Of a DNA stretch of 64,000 nt, positions 18,801-33,800 are shown in pieces. The stretch is from Patescibacteria group bacterium. Its GTDB lineage: Bacteria; Patescibacteriota; Minisyncoccia; Phycocordibacterales; Phycocordibacteraceae. The stretch lies in assembly GCA_040388985.1 (NCBI GenBank), contig JAZKAU010000003.1, positions 110,896 to 174,895 on the forward strand, in the 5' to 3' direction. The notes beneath the pieces were generated by a model. It was not told where the DNA came from and searched no databases. It was given only the letters and a program-made list of their open reading frames with translations. Within the stretch, counting starts at the first letter, position 1; every line of letters starts with the position of its first letter. The position numbers were made by a program, and so were the translations under genes.

Positions 18801-21800
18801 TACCGATGCTGTACCACTATCAATATGGAGCTGAGTAGAGGGTGTCGTCGTCCCGATACCGACGAGACCTGCCTGAGTGATAGTTACTTTGTCAGTACCT
18901 GCGGTCTGCAAGCGAAGGTTCGCTGTTCCTCCTGCTGAGAACGTAGAGTTTATATATGCGCCACTCGCGTCTGCTCCGAGCTTAATGAGATTATTCCGGC
19001 CGGCCACAGCATCGTAGAGCGTCAACGTGCCTCCCGAACCGATAACGGTTGCAATGTTTCCATTTACATCAAGTTTGTTTGTAGGCGTCGTAGTACCAAT
19101 GCCGAAGTTTCCTGTCGAAGTGAGGTATGCCTGATAGCTAGTCGCGCCGGTAGCATATGCAGTATTCCCGCCCGTAAGTCCGATTCCTCCGAAAGCGCTT
19201 ACAGAAAGGTCACCCGTTGCCCCTGTGCTTTGACGTGTGAGCGAGAACATCCCCGAACCTGCTCCATTGTCTGCATAAATACCCTGCCCTACGCCTATTG
19301 CTGATAATCGCAAGTTACCGGCAGATACATTGAGCTTATCCGCAGGCGTCGTCGTCCCGATACCGACGAGACCTGCGCTTGAGATATACATCTGCGAAAC
19401 ATCGTTCATACGGAAATCGAGCGCCCCGCCGGTCGGCCTGTTAATGAACAGTGACGTACCCGCACTATAGAAGTTCGCACTCCCTGTCGCGAGCGAGCCG
19501 CTAAGCGATATGGCTCCGTAGGTGGAACCTCCTCCCCATTCTCCTATCGCTACGTTTCCTGTTCCTGATCCTTGAACTATGAGCTTGCTTCCAGGAGTAC
19601 TCGTCCCCACCCCCACATTCCCTGACGTATCGATCGTGAGACGCGTGGCGTTGTTGGTCTTGAACTGCAGGAGGTTCGAGTCGTTCGTACCGAGTACAGC
19701 CGTCGCCCCAAAGCTGTTCCCTCCCTGCTTGAAGTAGTTGGTGTCGAGTGCCAAGGATGAGGTGGAGACGGTGAGGACACCTCCTGAGTTGGTGAGACCC
19801 GTACCGAGGAGCGAGGTGAAGGTCGAGCCTCCCAGGGTAAAGTTCGTTGTCGTGAGCGATGTGGTCGTTGCAAGAGCAGCGGTGAGGTTTCCAAGAGTTG
19901 TAGCTCCTGAAACCGTAAGCGCAGTGAGGGTACCGACAGACGTGAGCGAAGAAGTAACAACATTAGAGGCAAGCGTGGTCCCGGTCAGCGTGCCCGCCGG
20001 AGCCACCACCGCGTTCGTGGAGACTGCGGTGATGAGGCCCTTGGCGTTGACCGTGAAGGTCGGGATGGCGGTGGATGAGCCGAAGGTGCCGGGGGTTCCG
20101 TTGACGGTGGCCAGCGTCGTGGCGATCGAGGTGGTGCCAGAACCGGTGACGTCACCCGTGAGAGTGATGGTCTGGTTGCCGGTGAGGTATGAGACGTTGG
20201 AGGCTGCGGTGACGAGGCCTTTGCCGTTCACCGTGACGTTGTTGAAGGTGCCCACGTTTCCGTTGACGGTGGCAAGCGTGAAGGCGGCTGAGCCGGGGCC
20301 TGTAGCGGTGCCGTCACCGGTGAGTGCGGTGATGTAGTTGCCGGAGGCCTGCTTCCCGTTGAACGTGATCCAGTCAGCTGCGGTGAGAAAGCCCTTGGAG
20401 GTAGAGGCGGCTGCCTGGCCGTTGGCGTAGTCAATTGAGATGTTGCCGGAAGAGGCGTCAAAGTCGTTAGCGTTGAAGGAGGCTGCACCCTTGGTTGAGC
20501 CGTCAGCGAGCGCGTTCGCGATACTGATGGTATTTGATGAGATAGAAAGCGGAAGAGTCGCGCTGGTGATGCGATTCTGATACGCAGTCTCCCAGTTCGT
20601 GGTGGAAGCAGTGAGCGGTATATTGTATCCACTCGTTAGAGAGAAGACACCTGTGCCTGAGGTATACGTGAGACCGGTAGCGGTTGAGGAGAAGAGACCG
20701 CGGACCGTAGAGGAGTCGAGCGTGAGCGCACCACCTGTGTTCAGGAGCCCGGTGCCAGTGAGGTCGGTAAAGGACTCGCCGTTCACGTTGATGCCGGAGG
20801 AGAATGTAGCGAGGCCGGTAGTGAGCGAGGTGCTACTCACGAGCAACGTGCCAGCGATGATGCCATTGCCACCGACCGTAAGAGCCTCCGATGCGGTAGT
20901 GGTGCCGATACCGAGATATCCGTTTCCATCGATGCGCGCACGCTCCACGCTACCTGTACTGAAAGCGATCACGTTCGCCGTCGGGTGTCCGATACCGGTA
21001 GACAGATCCCCGGTCCACGTATAGGAAGGAACGGAAGCTGACGAACCGATGGAACTCACGAGCTGGCGCGCGGTATTGATGCGCAATGCTTCCGTATTAT
21101 TCGTCTCGAAGACGAGCGCATTGCCGTCATTGGTGCCGAGCGTCGCGGTCGCTCCGAATGAATTACCATCTTGCTTGAAGTACGTGGTGTCGAGAGCGAG
21201 GGATGAAGTCGAGATGGTAGCGGTAAGCACGCCTCCCACATTGCTGAGCCCGCTGCCAAGCAAGCTCGTGAAGGTCGATCCGCCGAGCGTGAAGTTGGTG
21301 ACGCCGAGATTCGTGGAAGTGGCGCTGGTGAGGGTGGTGTTGCCGAGCGTAGTCTGGCCTGAGACCGTCAGGTTAGTCGTCGACGCATTCCCCAATGTGG
21401 TCTGACCCGACACCGTGAGACTCGTGAGCGTACCCACGCTCGTGAGTGAGGAGTTCACGATGTTAGAGGCAAGCGTGGTGCCGGTCAGCGTTCCTGCAGG
21501 AGCCACCACCGCGTTCGTGGAGACTGCAGTGATGAGGCCCTTGCCGTTGACCGTGAAGGTCGGGATGGCGGTGGAAGAGCCGAAGGTGCCGGGGGTTCCG
21601 TTGACGGTGGCCAGAGTGAAGGTTGCGGAGCCCGGGCCAGATGCTGTTCCGTCACCGGTGAGTGCGGTGATGTAGTTGCCTGCTGCGGCGAAGCCAAGTG
21701 TACTGGTACTCACCCATTGAATTCCTGTGCCGGTGGTTTGGAGGACTTGGCCGTTTGTTCCGCGGGTGCTATTTCCGTCGTATATGCCACCGCCGCTCAC

Positions 21801-24800
21801 TGAGAGGTCACCGACTACCGTGAGCTTTGCGAACGGGGTGGTGGTGCCGATGCCGAAGTTACCCGCAGACGTGAGCGTAGCACGTGTACCGCCATTCGCG
21901 CGGAAGATAAGGTTATTACCGTTGGAGCCAATACCTTGGCCGTTTGCAGCTGTAGAACCGCTGTCTGCGAGCATGAGGTATGAGAAGGTATCGGTTGATT
22001 GTATCTGCGCCAAGGCTTGTGCCGAACCATACACATGGAGTGCTGCTGACGGGCTCGTAGTACCAATACCGACGTTGCCACTTGAGGTATTGAACACAAC
22101 CTTGTCGGTACCATTCACATCAGCAATCGAGACAACGTTCGGTGCAAAATAACGGAACTGACCTCCAGAAACACCACTTGAAGATAGCTGTAAGAATGAA
22201 TCGTTTGCGGTACGATCGATGGTTATGCCGGCTTGGCTTCCCGCAATCGTAAGAAGTGAACCCGGAGTGGTAGTACCGATACCCACGTTGCCGTTATCGA
22301 GCACCTCAAAAGCATTTGTAGGCGTTCCATTTACGTCTGAGGCTATCCGGAATAGTGAGCGCCCCACCTCGGCCGCTTTTGAAGCGAAATAAACCATCGG
22401 CGCAGTAGGATCGGTCCAGCCATCTACCTTAAAGGAAGATGCGCCTGTAGAAGCTCGATATACCTCGAGATTTGAAGTTGGAGAGGTAGTACCGATACCG
22501 ACGTTGCCACTCGTATCGATGGTAAGTCGCGTGGTGTTGTTGGTCTTGAACTGCAGGAGGTTGCTGTCGATGGTACCGAGTACGGCTGTTGCACCAAATG
22601 AGTTTCCGTTCTGCTTGAAGTACGTACCATCAAGACCAAGCGCGTTTGACGTTGTGGCGACAGAAAGAGTTCCTGCAGCAAATGAAAGACCCGTACCAAC
22701 TGTTGCATTGCTGAAGCCACCCGTTCCATTTCCATACAGAAGGCTGTTGCCGGTGGTAGCACCTGCAAAGCCGAGGGTGCTGGTACTCACCCACTGAATT
22801 CCTGTGCCGGTGGTTTGGAGGACTTGGCCGGTGGTTCCGCGGGTTGCGTTGTTGTCATAGATTCCTCCTCCACTAATTGAGAGGTCACCGACGACTGTGA
22901 GCTTTGCAAAAGGAGTGGTGGTGCCGATGCCGACGTTACCAGCAGCAGTGATCCTGAGCCTCTCGGCTAGGGCGCCTGACGAATTCTGCGTTAAGAATGT
23001 AAGCGCTGTGGGTGCTGCAATGCCAGCGTAATCCGCACCGTCAGCGACGACGTTTATATTGGCGACTTCACGGTTGATCAAGGAAGAAGCATCGGAGGTG
23101 TAGAAACCGATCTTTGCGACCGTATCTCCATTTACTACGGCAGCGCTCGTATTGCCTATAGCAATCTGGTTCGAACCCGTTGCTCCAGCGATCGACAACA
23201 GAGATATCGGCGACGAGGTACCAATACCGACGTTGCCAGCACCAGTTATACGCAGCTTCTCTGTAGACGCAGAAGCCCCAAGACCACTATTGGTGTAGAA
23301 GGCCAGGTTGCCTGTGCTACCAGCAGCATCTGTTACGCCAGCAATGCGTGCGTAGGCATTAGCCGCCGCTCCAGCGTTAGCTGAACCGGCGTACCAGTCG
23401 ATTGAGTGCCCCGCATTCACGGCACTTATTCCTCCTTCTATGCGTAGCGCCCCTGATACCGTACTTACAGAGCCATTGTTTATATCAAGCTTAGCTGCAG
23501 GAGTCGTTGTGCCGATACCGACGTTGCCACCCGTCTTTAGAGTAAGCAGGTCACCAACTCCCTGCTGGTCGTAGAAACGCAGGTCGCCAGAGCTTGCTGG
23601 GTTATAGATATTCCAATACGAAATATTATCCTTTGCGAAGCTGAGCGTCTTTGCCGCTGAAGCTGGGCCATCGATCCTGATTACCGGAGTCGCTGCATAG
23701 ACATGCAGCGTTGTACCTGGTGATGTGGTGCCAATCCCGACGTTGCCCGCACTCGTGACAGAGAGCCGTGTCGTATTGCCCGTGATGAGATTCAGCTGGT
23801 TGCTGTCGATAGTACCGAGCGTCGCCGTCGCCCCGAATGAGTTGCCTCCTTGTTTGAAGTAGGTGGTGTCGAGTGCGAGTGACGAGGTCGAGACGCTGAG
23901 AACTCCTGCAGTATTGGTAAGTCCCGTGCCAAGGAGCGAGGTGAAGGTTGAGCCGCCGAGAGTGAAGTTCGTTGTCGTGAGTGATGTAGTCGTTGCGAGA
24001 GCAGCGGTGAGGTTTCCAAGAGTGGTTGCGCCAGAGACCGTAAGCGCCGTAAGGGTACCGACCGAGGTAAGGGAGGAGTTCACGACGTTAGACGCAAGCG
24101 TCGTACCCGTGAGCGTTCCTGCAGGAGCCACCACCGCCACTGAGCCTGCTGCGGTGATGAGGCCCTTGGCGTTGACGGTGAAGGTCGGGATGGCGGTGGA
24201 TGAGCCGAAGGAGCCTGGGGTTGCGTTGACAGTGGCGAGGGTGAAAGTTGCGGAGCCCGGGCCTGTGGCGGTGCCGTCACCCGTGAGTGCGGTGATGTAG
24301 TTGCCTTGAGCCTGGTACTGAGGGATGTTGAGGACGTTTGCAGTGAGGGTGGCGGCTCCAGAGGTACCGGTGGTGGTGAGTGAGGTGATCCTGTTCTGGT
24401 ATGCGGCCTCCCAGTTAGTGGTGGAGGCGGTGAGCGGGATGGTGTATCCAGCGGTTAAGGAGAAGACACCGGTACCTGCGGTGTAGGTGAGGCCGGTCGC
24501 CGTGCTTGAGAACAGGCCGCGTGCAGTCGTCGCGAAGTCAGAGATAGTCGCAGCAAGCTGCGTACCTGTGTGGTTCGCGCGGTTGAGGTAGTAGGTGCCG
24601 TCCTGGCCGTCGAGGAGGTCGGCGTTGAAACCGGAGCCGCTTCCGGAGAAGGAGGTGGTCGAGACCGACAGAGCTCCGCCGGTATTCACGAGACCGAAGC
24701 CGGTGAGGTCGGTGAGGTAGTCGCTCCCTACGCCAAGCGTAGTCGCATACAGCGAGGTAGTGGTCGCGTTCGCAGCCGTGAGGTTGCCGGTCGCGGATAT

Positions 24801-27800
24801 ATTGCCGCCAAGCGACAGGTTACCCGAGAGGATTCCGTTGCCTACGACGGTTAGCGCCTCCGCAGGCGTTGAGCTTCCGATCCCGAAGAATCCGTTGCCG
24901 TCGATATAGGCACGGCCGACGCCGCCGGTAGCGAATCCGATCAGATTAGAGCCTGCGTGATAGAGGCCGGTCGTAGCGTCCCCTGCGAACGAGAAGCCTG
25001 GCGCGCCTACCGAATCGCTTGCACGGAATTGCGGAGCGGTAACGGCGCCTCCGGTAAGCGCGAGATTCGTACCATTATAGGTAAGCGCCGAGCCCGACGT
25101 GATGCTCGTACCATTGAAGTACGTCACGCCGTTCGTCGTCTGGGACGCGGCATTGGTGCCTCCGTTCGCGATACCAAGCGTACCGGCAAGCGTAAGCGTG
25201 CCCGAAGTGGTGATGGGACCGCCGCTGAAGGTGAGGCCCGTGGTGCCTCCCGAAGCGTCTACGGAAGTTACCGTTCCGCTCGTGAATCCGAGCGTACTAG
25301 TACTCACCCACTGTATGCCCGTGCCGGTGGTTTGGAGGACTTGGCCGTTGGTTCCTGCATTGGTGTTTCCTGCGTACAGGGCTCCGGTGAGACCGAGGTC
25401 GCCTGCGATGGTGAGGGTGCGGCCGGGGGTGGTGGTAGCGATGCCGATCTTCCCTGTCGCTGAAAGGAAGATGGTCGATGTCGCTGTCAGTGTGTTCGTG
25501 CCGTTGTAGTACGGGAACTGACCGGCAGTACCCCCAACCGCAGTCACGGCCGAAGCGCCGTTACCCTGAAGCAGGCCGGAGAGGCTGGAGAAGATAGGAG
25601 CGTTAGTGAACGTCTGGGTGCCTCCCCAAGTATTACTGGTGGTGGTACCGGCATAGAGAGGTATGTTCAAGACGTTGGCGGAAAGAGTTGCGGCTCCGGT
25701 ACCGGTGGTGGTCAGGCTCGTGATGCGGTTTGTATACGCAGTCTGCCAGTCAGTCGTGCTTGCAGTCAGAGGGATGGTGTACCCGCTCGTGAGTGAGAAG
25801 ACGCCGGTGCCTGCGGTATACGTGAGGCCGGTGGCGGTTGAAGAGAAGAGGCCGCGGACCGTAGTGGAGTCGAGGGTAAGCGCACCACCGGTGTTCACGA
25901 GACCCGTACCGGTGAGATCGGTGAAGGACTCGGAGTTAATGCCCAGAGTAGTGGTGTAGAGAGAGGTGGAGGTGGCGTTCGCAAGCGTGGTGTTGCCAAG
26001 CGTGGTGGCACCTGAGACCGTCAGGTTAGTCGTCGACGCATTCCCCAATGTGGTCTGACCCGACACCGTGAGACTCGTGAGCGTACCCACGCTCGTGAGT
26101 GAGGAGTTCACGATGTTAGAGGCAAGCGTGGTGCCGGTCAGCGTTCCTGCAGGAGCCACCACCGCGTTCGTGGAGACTGCAGTGATGAGGCCCTTGCCGT
26201 TGACCGTGAAGGTCGGGATGGCGGTGGAAGAGCCGAAGGTGCCGGGGGTTCCGTTGACGGTGGCCAGAGTGAAGGTTGCGGAGCCCGGGCCAGATGCTGT
26301 TCCGTCACCGGTGAGTGCGGTGATGTAGTTGCCGGATGCTTGGAAGCCCAGGGTACTGGTGCTCACCCACTGTATGCCCGTGCCGGTGGTTTGGAGGACT
26401 TGGCCGTTTGTGCCTGCTGAGGTGTTGCCGGCAAAGAGGGCGCCGGTGAGACCGAGGTCGCCTGCGATGGTGAGGGTGCGGCCGGGGGTGGTGGTGGCGA
26501 TGCCGATGTTTCCGGTCGTATCAATTACCAACTGTGCCGTGAGTGCTCCCACCGGGCTAAATATCGCCTTTCCGTTGTGCTGAAGATATGTGTTGCCGTC
26601 AGAGAACGGATAGATATTGAACTGGTTCGCGCCGGTATTGTTGTACGCAAAGGTTGCCGCAGGAATCCCGTTATTCGTACTCTGAACGCTCAGGATAGAG
26701 CTCGGTGACGACGTACCGATGCCGATGTTACCCGTCGATATCGTTGCGCCCGTGCCTGAAAGGCCGGTTCCGTATATGAGGTTACCGATGTTGAGCTGAT
26801 TGCTTGCCGTCGAGCTTGCAACAGCGACATCGTTACCGATTGAGATATTATTTGAACCGGTCGTCACTTGATTCAGTGATGCGGTAATAGTGCTGTTGCC
26901 AAGGAATACGTTGCGCGCACCTGTCGTGATACTGCGACCAGACTGGTAACCGATGAGGGTATTGAAGTCGGAACCGGTATCAAGGCTCATACCAGCCTGG
27001 AAACCAACGAAAGCACCGCCCTGGTTTGAGTATCCTACAGCTCCAAGTCCTGCGCGCGCGCCAATCGCTACCGTAGTCGTTGCTGAAATATTATTCTGTA
27101 GCGCAGATGAGCCGATAGCAGTCGCACTGATGCCGGTAGAGCTCAGCAGAGCCGCTGAACCGATAGCCGTATTGCCTGAGGAAACGGTGTTTGCAAAGAG
27201 CGCTTCGTATCCAATACCGACATTGTTGTTGCCAGTCGTATTCGCAAGGAGTGCGAGGGATCCAATACCGACGTTAGTTACGCCCGTCGTATTACTCTGC
27301 AGGGCTTGCGAACCGATAGCCGTGTTTGCATTCCCCGAAGTATTGGCGCGAAGCGCGAAGAAACCGATTGCGGTGTTATCGCTAGACGATGTCGCAGTAA
27401 AGAGCGCCTGGTGTCCGAGAGCAGTGATATGGGTTGCAGTCGTTATTGAGGCGCCGGCAGAAATACCCACGAGGAGGTTATTAAGCGTCGACGAAGCAGT
27501 AAGAATCGTCGAACCGGCCTGCTTATAGCCGCTGTACTGGTCGGTGTTTATAAATCCTGCAACATCGAGCTTATAGAGAGGGCTTGTAGTCCCAATGCCG
27601 ACGTTGCCGCCGGGAAGGACAGTTACGTAGGATGAGAGGCCGCTCGTAGTTCCCTTATTCGCAGCACCCTGTCCATATATCGTGAATGCGTTGGCAGCAT
27701 TGAACACAAGCCCCGTTCCACCGGATGTCGCAATGGTGGACGTATAGTTACCACCCGGTCCTTCAACGAGACTGACGGCACTCGAACCTGCAGAATAAAT

Positions 27801-30800
27801 GTGAAGTATCGAAAGGGGTGATGTAGTGCCAATCCCCACATTCCCTCCACTCGTAATAGAGAGGCGTGTCGCATTGCCCGTGATGAGGTTCAGCTGATTG
27901 CTGTCGATGGTGCCGAGCGTCGCCGTCGCCCCGAATGAGTTGCCTCCTTGTTTGAAGTAGGTGGTGTCGAGTGCGAGGGATGATGTTGATACGGTGAGAG
28001 TACCACCAACGTTGCTGAGTCCCGTACCAAGGAGCGAGGTGAATGTTGAACCACCGAGAGTGAAGTTTGTGACGCCGAAGTTAGTAGAGGTGGCGTTCGT
28101 CGTCGTACCGCTGGTTGCAGTGAAAGTAGAGAGTGAAGTAGCTCCTGAAACCGTAAGCGCAGTGAGCGTACCGACAGACGTGAGTGAAGATGAAACAACA
28201 TTGCTTGCAAGTGTCGTGCCGCTAAGTGTTCCTGCTGGAGCCACCACCGCGTTCGTGGAGACTGCGGTGATGAGGCCCTTGCCGTTGACGGTGAAGGTCG
28301 GGACTGAGCTGGCACCTCCGAAGATACCCACGTTGGTGTTGACTGTGGCCAGGGTAAAGGCGGCTGAGCCCGGGCCAGATGCTGTGCCGTCACCCGTGAG
28401 TGCAGTGATGTAGTTGCCTGAGGCTTGGAAGCCGAGGGTTGAGGTGGCGACCCATTGTATGCCGGTGCCGGTGGTTTGGAGGACTTGGCCGTTTGTTCCG
28501 CGGGTGCTATTTCCGTCGTATATGCCGCCGCCGCTCACTGAGAGGTCACCGACCAGAGTGAGCTTTGCAAACGGGGTGGTGGTACCGATGCCGATGTTGC
28601 CCGAACTATTAATCGTCATCTGCTGTGCACCGCTGGTATTGAAACGTATCACGCCGTTACCAACGGTAATGGAGTTGTTAGAGGTGTAGGAAAGTATTGA
28701 ACCACCCGCATTACTAAGACTAAGAGATGGATTAATTGTATCGCCATACAAGAATCCTCCTGTTGAAAGAGCGATGTTGCCCGCTACGTCTAGCTTCTGG
28801 CTTGGAGTGGTGGTGCCGATGCCGACATTGCCATTATCAAGAATTGTAAACAATGCTGTATCCAAAGAGTTTGTGGTCTGGAAGTTTGTAGTAGCCGACG
28901 TGTTTCCAAGACCTTTTACAGTAAGACGTGCGAACGGCGACGTAGAGCCAATACCTACCTGTCCACCTGTGAGGAAACTCATTATTTCGGTTTGCGTACC
29001 GTTAGAGGCTGTTCCCGTAATCGAACCTCGATAGAGACCGCCCGAGTTAGATCGAATTCCATATCGTATAGCATCTTGTGCTACCGCTGATCTAGAGAAA
29101 CTGATTCCTTGATCTACGTTAATTGCACTCGGAACACCGACTGTTAGAAGGTAGTTAGGAGTAGTTGTCGCAATACCGACGTTGCCTGTAGTTGAAATCC
29201 AAAGCGCAGAAGAGGTGGACGTAGGACTGATCGACGAGCCGCCCAGACCAGGTGTAAAGCCGATGCCACCAAATGCTGCTATCTGTAGTGAGGCAGAGGA
29301 AACGTCATCCTTGCGTGAGAATCCGAATAGTCCAGAACCGTTGACTGGATTAACAGCGCTAATAAGCGGTGATGCAGAACTTATGCGGAGATTACCCGCC
29401 ACATCAAGTTTATCGCTTGGCGTGCTGGTACCAACTCCCACATTCCCTCCACTCGTGACAGAGAGGCGCGTCGCATTGGCCGTGATGAGATTCAGCTGAT
29501 TAGCGTCGATAGTACCCAGAGTAGCGGTTGCACCGAAGCTGTTCCCTCCTTGCTTGAAGTACGTGGTGTCGAGTGCCAAGGATGAGGTGGAGACGGTGAG
29601 GACGCCTCCTGAGTTGGTGAGACCCGTACCAAGGAGCGAGGTGAAGGTCGAACCACCGAGCGTGAAGTTAGTGACACCGAGGTTGGTGGAGGTGGCGTTC
29701 GCGAGACTTGTATTCCCTGAGACCGTGAGACTCGTGAGCGTACCAACACTAGTGAGTGAGGAGTTCACGACGTTAGACGCAAGCGTGGTGCCGGTCAGCG
29801 TTCCTGCAGGAGCAACCACCGCGTTGGTTGAGACTGCGGTGATGAGGCCCTTGCCGTTCACCGTGAAGGTCGGGATGGCGGTGGATGAGCCGAAGGTGCC
29901 GGGGGTTCCGTTGACGGTGGCCAGCGTCGTGGCGATCGAGGTGGTGCCAGAACCGGTGACGTCACCCGTGAGAGTGATGGTCTGGTTGCCGGTGAGGTAT
30001 GCGTTGGTGTCGACCGAAAGAACACCTGAGGAATCCGTCTTAACGAAGCCTGCGGTCGCGAGATTTGAGAGCGTAGTGATGTTCTGAGAAGTGTTTACGT
30101 TGAAGCTGCCTGCGGAATACGTGAGGCCGGTGCCTGCGGTGGTGGTAGCGACCCACGTCGGAATGCCGGCGACAAGCGCGAGGACCTGGCCGTTAGATCC
30201 GGGAGTCGTCGTCGCAAGCGCTGACGAACCATTTCCATAAAGGACGGCTCCAGAAGTGATAGTGGACCAGCCGGTGCCGCCATTTGTCACTGGCAAGACG
30301 CCCGAGACCTCGGAGCCAAGAAGTACGTTGCTTGCTCCGACGACACCGCTTGAGGCGTGAAGGACGCCAGTCAAAGAGCCGAGGGTGACCGTACCTGCGG
30401 TAGTGATGCCGCCACTAAAGGTCTGGAGAGCGCTCCAAGAATTGGCGCTCGTCGTGCTCACGATGAGCGGGATGTTGAGGACGTTTCCGGTAAGCGTTGC
30501 CAGGCCGCCTGAGCCGTTCGTGGTAAGAGACGTAATTCTATTGGCATACGCAGTCTGCCAGTCAGTCGTGCTTGCGGTCAAAGGAATGGTGTAGCCGCTC
30601 GTAAGGCTGAAGACGCCGGTGCCTGCGGTATAGGTAAGGCCGGTGGCGGTTGAGGAGAAGAGGCCGCGTGCGGTTGTGCTGAAGTCGCTGATGGTTGAAG
30701 CAAGCTGCGTACCGGTGTGGTTCGCGCGGTCGAGGTAGTAGGTGGAGTCCTGGCCGTCGAGGAGGTCTGCGTTGAAGCCTGAGCCGCTTCCGGAGAAGGA

Positions 30801-33800
30801 GGAGGTCGCGACGGAGAGGGTGCCGGTGGTGAGCGTAAGGCCGGTGCCCAGCGTGACGGAAGAGAGCTGCTTGGCGCCATTAGCGTAGGTAAGAGTATTT
30901 GCCGTAAGGCCGTTGTCGATAAGCTGGCCGAACGTACCCGTACCTGAAATGAGCGCATTGCCGCCTACTGAGAGCGCTGCCGAAGGACTCGTCGTCGCGA
31001 TGCCGAGCCTCGTCGAGATATACTCCTGTCCACTCACTTCGAAGATGCTGTTAGTGGTCGAGGTCGCATTCGTCCCCACGAGGAGTACGTTCGAAGTATC
31101 GATAGGGTAGATCAGATTTGTAGACGTAGCGAAGACGCCGTCGCCGCTGCCGCCGGCTCCTATCGTCTGATCGATTCCCCAAGCCGGGAATCCAGCCTGC
31201 ACTTTCAGCACCTGCCCGGAAGAACCGACCGGAAGCTTCGCGAGGACCCCGCTGTTATCGGCATAGAGGATATCGCCGGGACTATAGCTCGCGAAGCCGG
31301 TGCCTCCGTTTGCGCTCGGGAGCGTGCTCGTCACGTCGGTCGAGAGATCGATGAGCGCGGTTCCCACCGTTCCGGCAGTAGCCTTGAGGAAGCCGGACAA
31401 AGAACCGATGCTGAGCGAATTCACGTTCGCAGCCCCGGTGGTCGTGAGACTCGCCGCTGATACCGAGCCTGAGATTGCGGCGTTGCCCGCAACCGTAAGA
31501 CGTTCCGGAGGCGAGGTGGTGCCGATGCCGAAATTCCCGTTGGTAAGGAACGTTGCGACCGTCGCATTACTCGTAATGATATTGAGCGGATTGACGTCCG
31601 TAGTGCCGAACCTTGCCGTCGTACCGAAGGCATTTCCTCCCTGCTTGAAGTACGTGGTGTCGATCGCAAGCGATGAGGTGGAGACGTTGAGCGTGTTCCC
31701 TGTCCAGGTTAGGCCCGTACCTGCGGTGATGCGGGTGGAGGGAGTCTGGTAGAAGGAGTCCCAGTTGGTGGTGGAGGCGGTGAGCGGAATGGTAAAGCCG
31801 GGAGCCACCGAGAGCGTGCCCGCGCTGAAGGCAAGCGGTGAAGAGACGGTGGCAGCACCCACAGTCCCGTTATTTCCATACAAGAGACCTGAGAGTGAGC
31901 CGATGGTGAGATTAGTCGTCGACGCATTCCCCAATGTGGTCTGGCCAGAGACCGTGAGACTCGTGAGCGTGCCAACACTAGTGAGTGAGGAGTTCACGAC
32001 GTTGCTTGCGAGCGTCGTACCCGTGAGCGTTCCTGCCGGAGCCACCACCGCGTTCGTGGAGACTGCGGTGATGAGGCCCTTGGCGTTGACGGTGAAGGTC
32101 GGGATGGCGGTGGATGAGCCGAAGGAGCCTGGGGTTGCGTTGACAGTGGCGAGGGTGAAAGTTGCGGAGCCCGGGCCTGTGGCGGTGCCGTCACCCGTGA
32201 GTGCGGTGATGTAGTTGCCGGATGCTTGGAAGCCCAGGGTACTGGTGCTCACCCACTGTATGCCCGTGCCGGTGGTTTGGAGGACTTGGCCGTTTGTGCC
32301 TGCTGAGGTGTTGCCGGCAAAGAGGGCGCCGGTGAGACCGAGGTCGCCTGCGATGGTGAGGGTGCGGCCGGGGGTGGTGGTGGCGATGCCGATGTTGCCG
32401 CCAAGGAACACTCCGGCTGGCCCGCTACCGTTCTGCTGTATCAGGAACGCAGTACCGGACGAAGTTGATGATGCAGAGAGTTGAGCTGAAGGAGTTGTTG
32501 TCCCGACGCCAAAGAATCCGGTAGCAGCATCGAATCTAGCCATTTCGGACGGCGTAGCACCAAATCCATAGAATGAGATGTTTCTCCCTGCACTTGCACT
32601 CGTATTGATAATGCGTAGGTTTGTTTGATTCGCCTGTAAGTACGCAGTATTAGCGGTTACTCCAACAGTATTAGCGGTATATGCCGTTCCGACTGAACCA
32701 AGTGTAATTCCTACACCGGCTGCGCTCTGTGCCGTAATCACCGGACCCGAGTTTGTACCGTTCAAGAAGTTCATTACTAGAATTCCCCTTTGAGAGTTTG
32801 CTGCTAGAGAGATACCTAAGCCATGTCCTGAAAGCGTCGTCGTACCTATCCCGACACCCGTGGTGGTAAAGATGTCACCGCTTACAGAAAATAGAGACTG
32901 CGGCGTACTCGTCCCCACCCCCACGTTCCCTGACGTGTCGATCGTGAGACGCGTGGCGTTGTTGGTCTTAAGCTGAAGAGCGTTGTTGTCGATGGTACCG
33001 AGTACAGCCGTAGTACCGAACGAGTTCCCGTTCTGCTTGAAGTACGTAGTGTCGAGCGCAAGTGATGAGGTGGAGACGTTGAGCGTGTTCCCTGTCCAGG
33101 TTAGGCCCGTACCTGCGGTGATGCGGGTGGAGGGAGTCTGATAGAAGGAGTCCCAATTAGTCGTGCTTGCAGTCAGAGGAATGGTGTATCCGCTCGTGAG
33201 CGAGAACACGCCGGTGCCTGCGGTATAGGTGAGGCCGGTGGCGGTTGAGGAGAAGAGGCCGCGGACCGTAGTGGAGTCTAGGGTGAGCGCACCACCGGGG
33301 TTCAGGAGTCCGGAGCCGAGCAGGCTCGTGAAGGTCGAACCCCCCAGCGTGAAGTTAGTGACACCGAGGTTGGTGGAGGTGGCGTTCGCAAGCGTGGTGT
33401 TGCCAGACACCGTGAGACTCGTGAGGGTACCCACGCTCGTGAGTGAGGAAGAGACCACGTTGCTGGCAAGCGTGGTACCCGTGAGCGTTCCTGCAGGAGC
33501 CACCACGGCGTTCGTGGAGACTGCAGTGATGAGGCCCTTGCCGTTGACCGTGAAGGTCGGGATGGCGGTGGAAGAGCCGAAGGTGCCGGGGGTTCCGTTG
33601 ACGGTGGCCAGCGTCGTGGCGATCGAGGTGGTGCCAGAACCGGTGACGTCACCCGTGAGAGTGATGGTCTGGTTGCCGGTGAGGTATGAGACGTTGGAGG
33701 CTGCGGTGACGAGGCCTTTGCCGTTCACCGTGACGTTGTTGAAGGTGCCCACGTTTCCGTTGACGGTGGCAAGCGTGAAGGCGGCTGAGCCCGGGCCTGT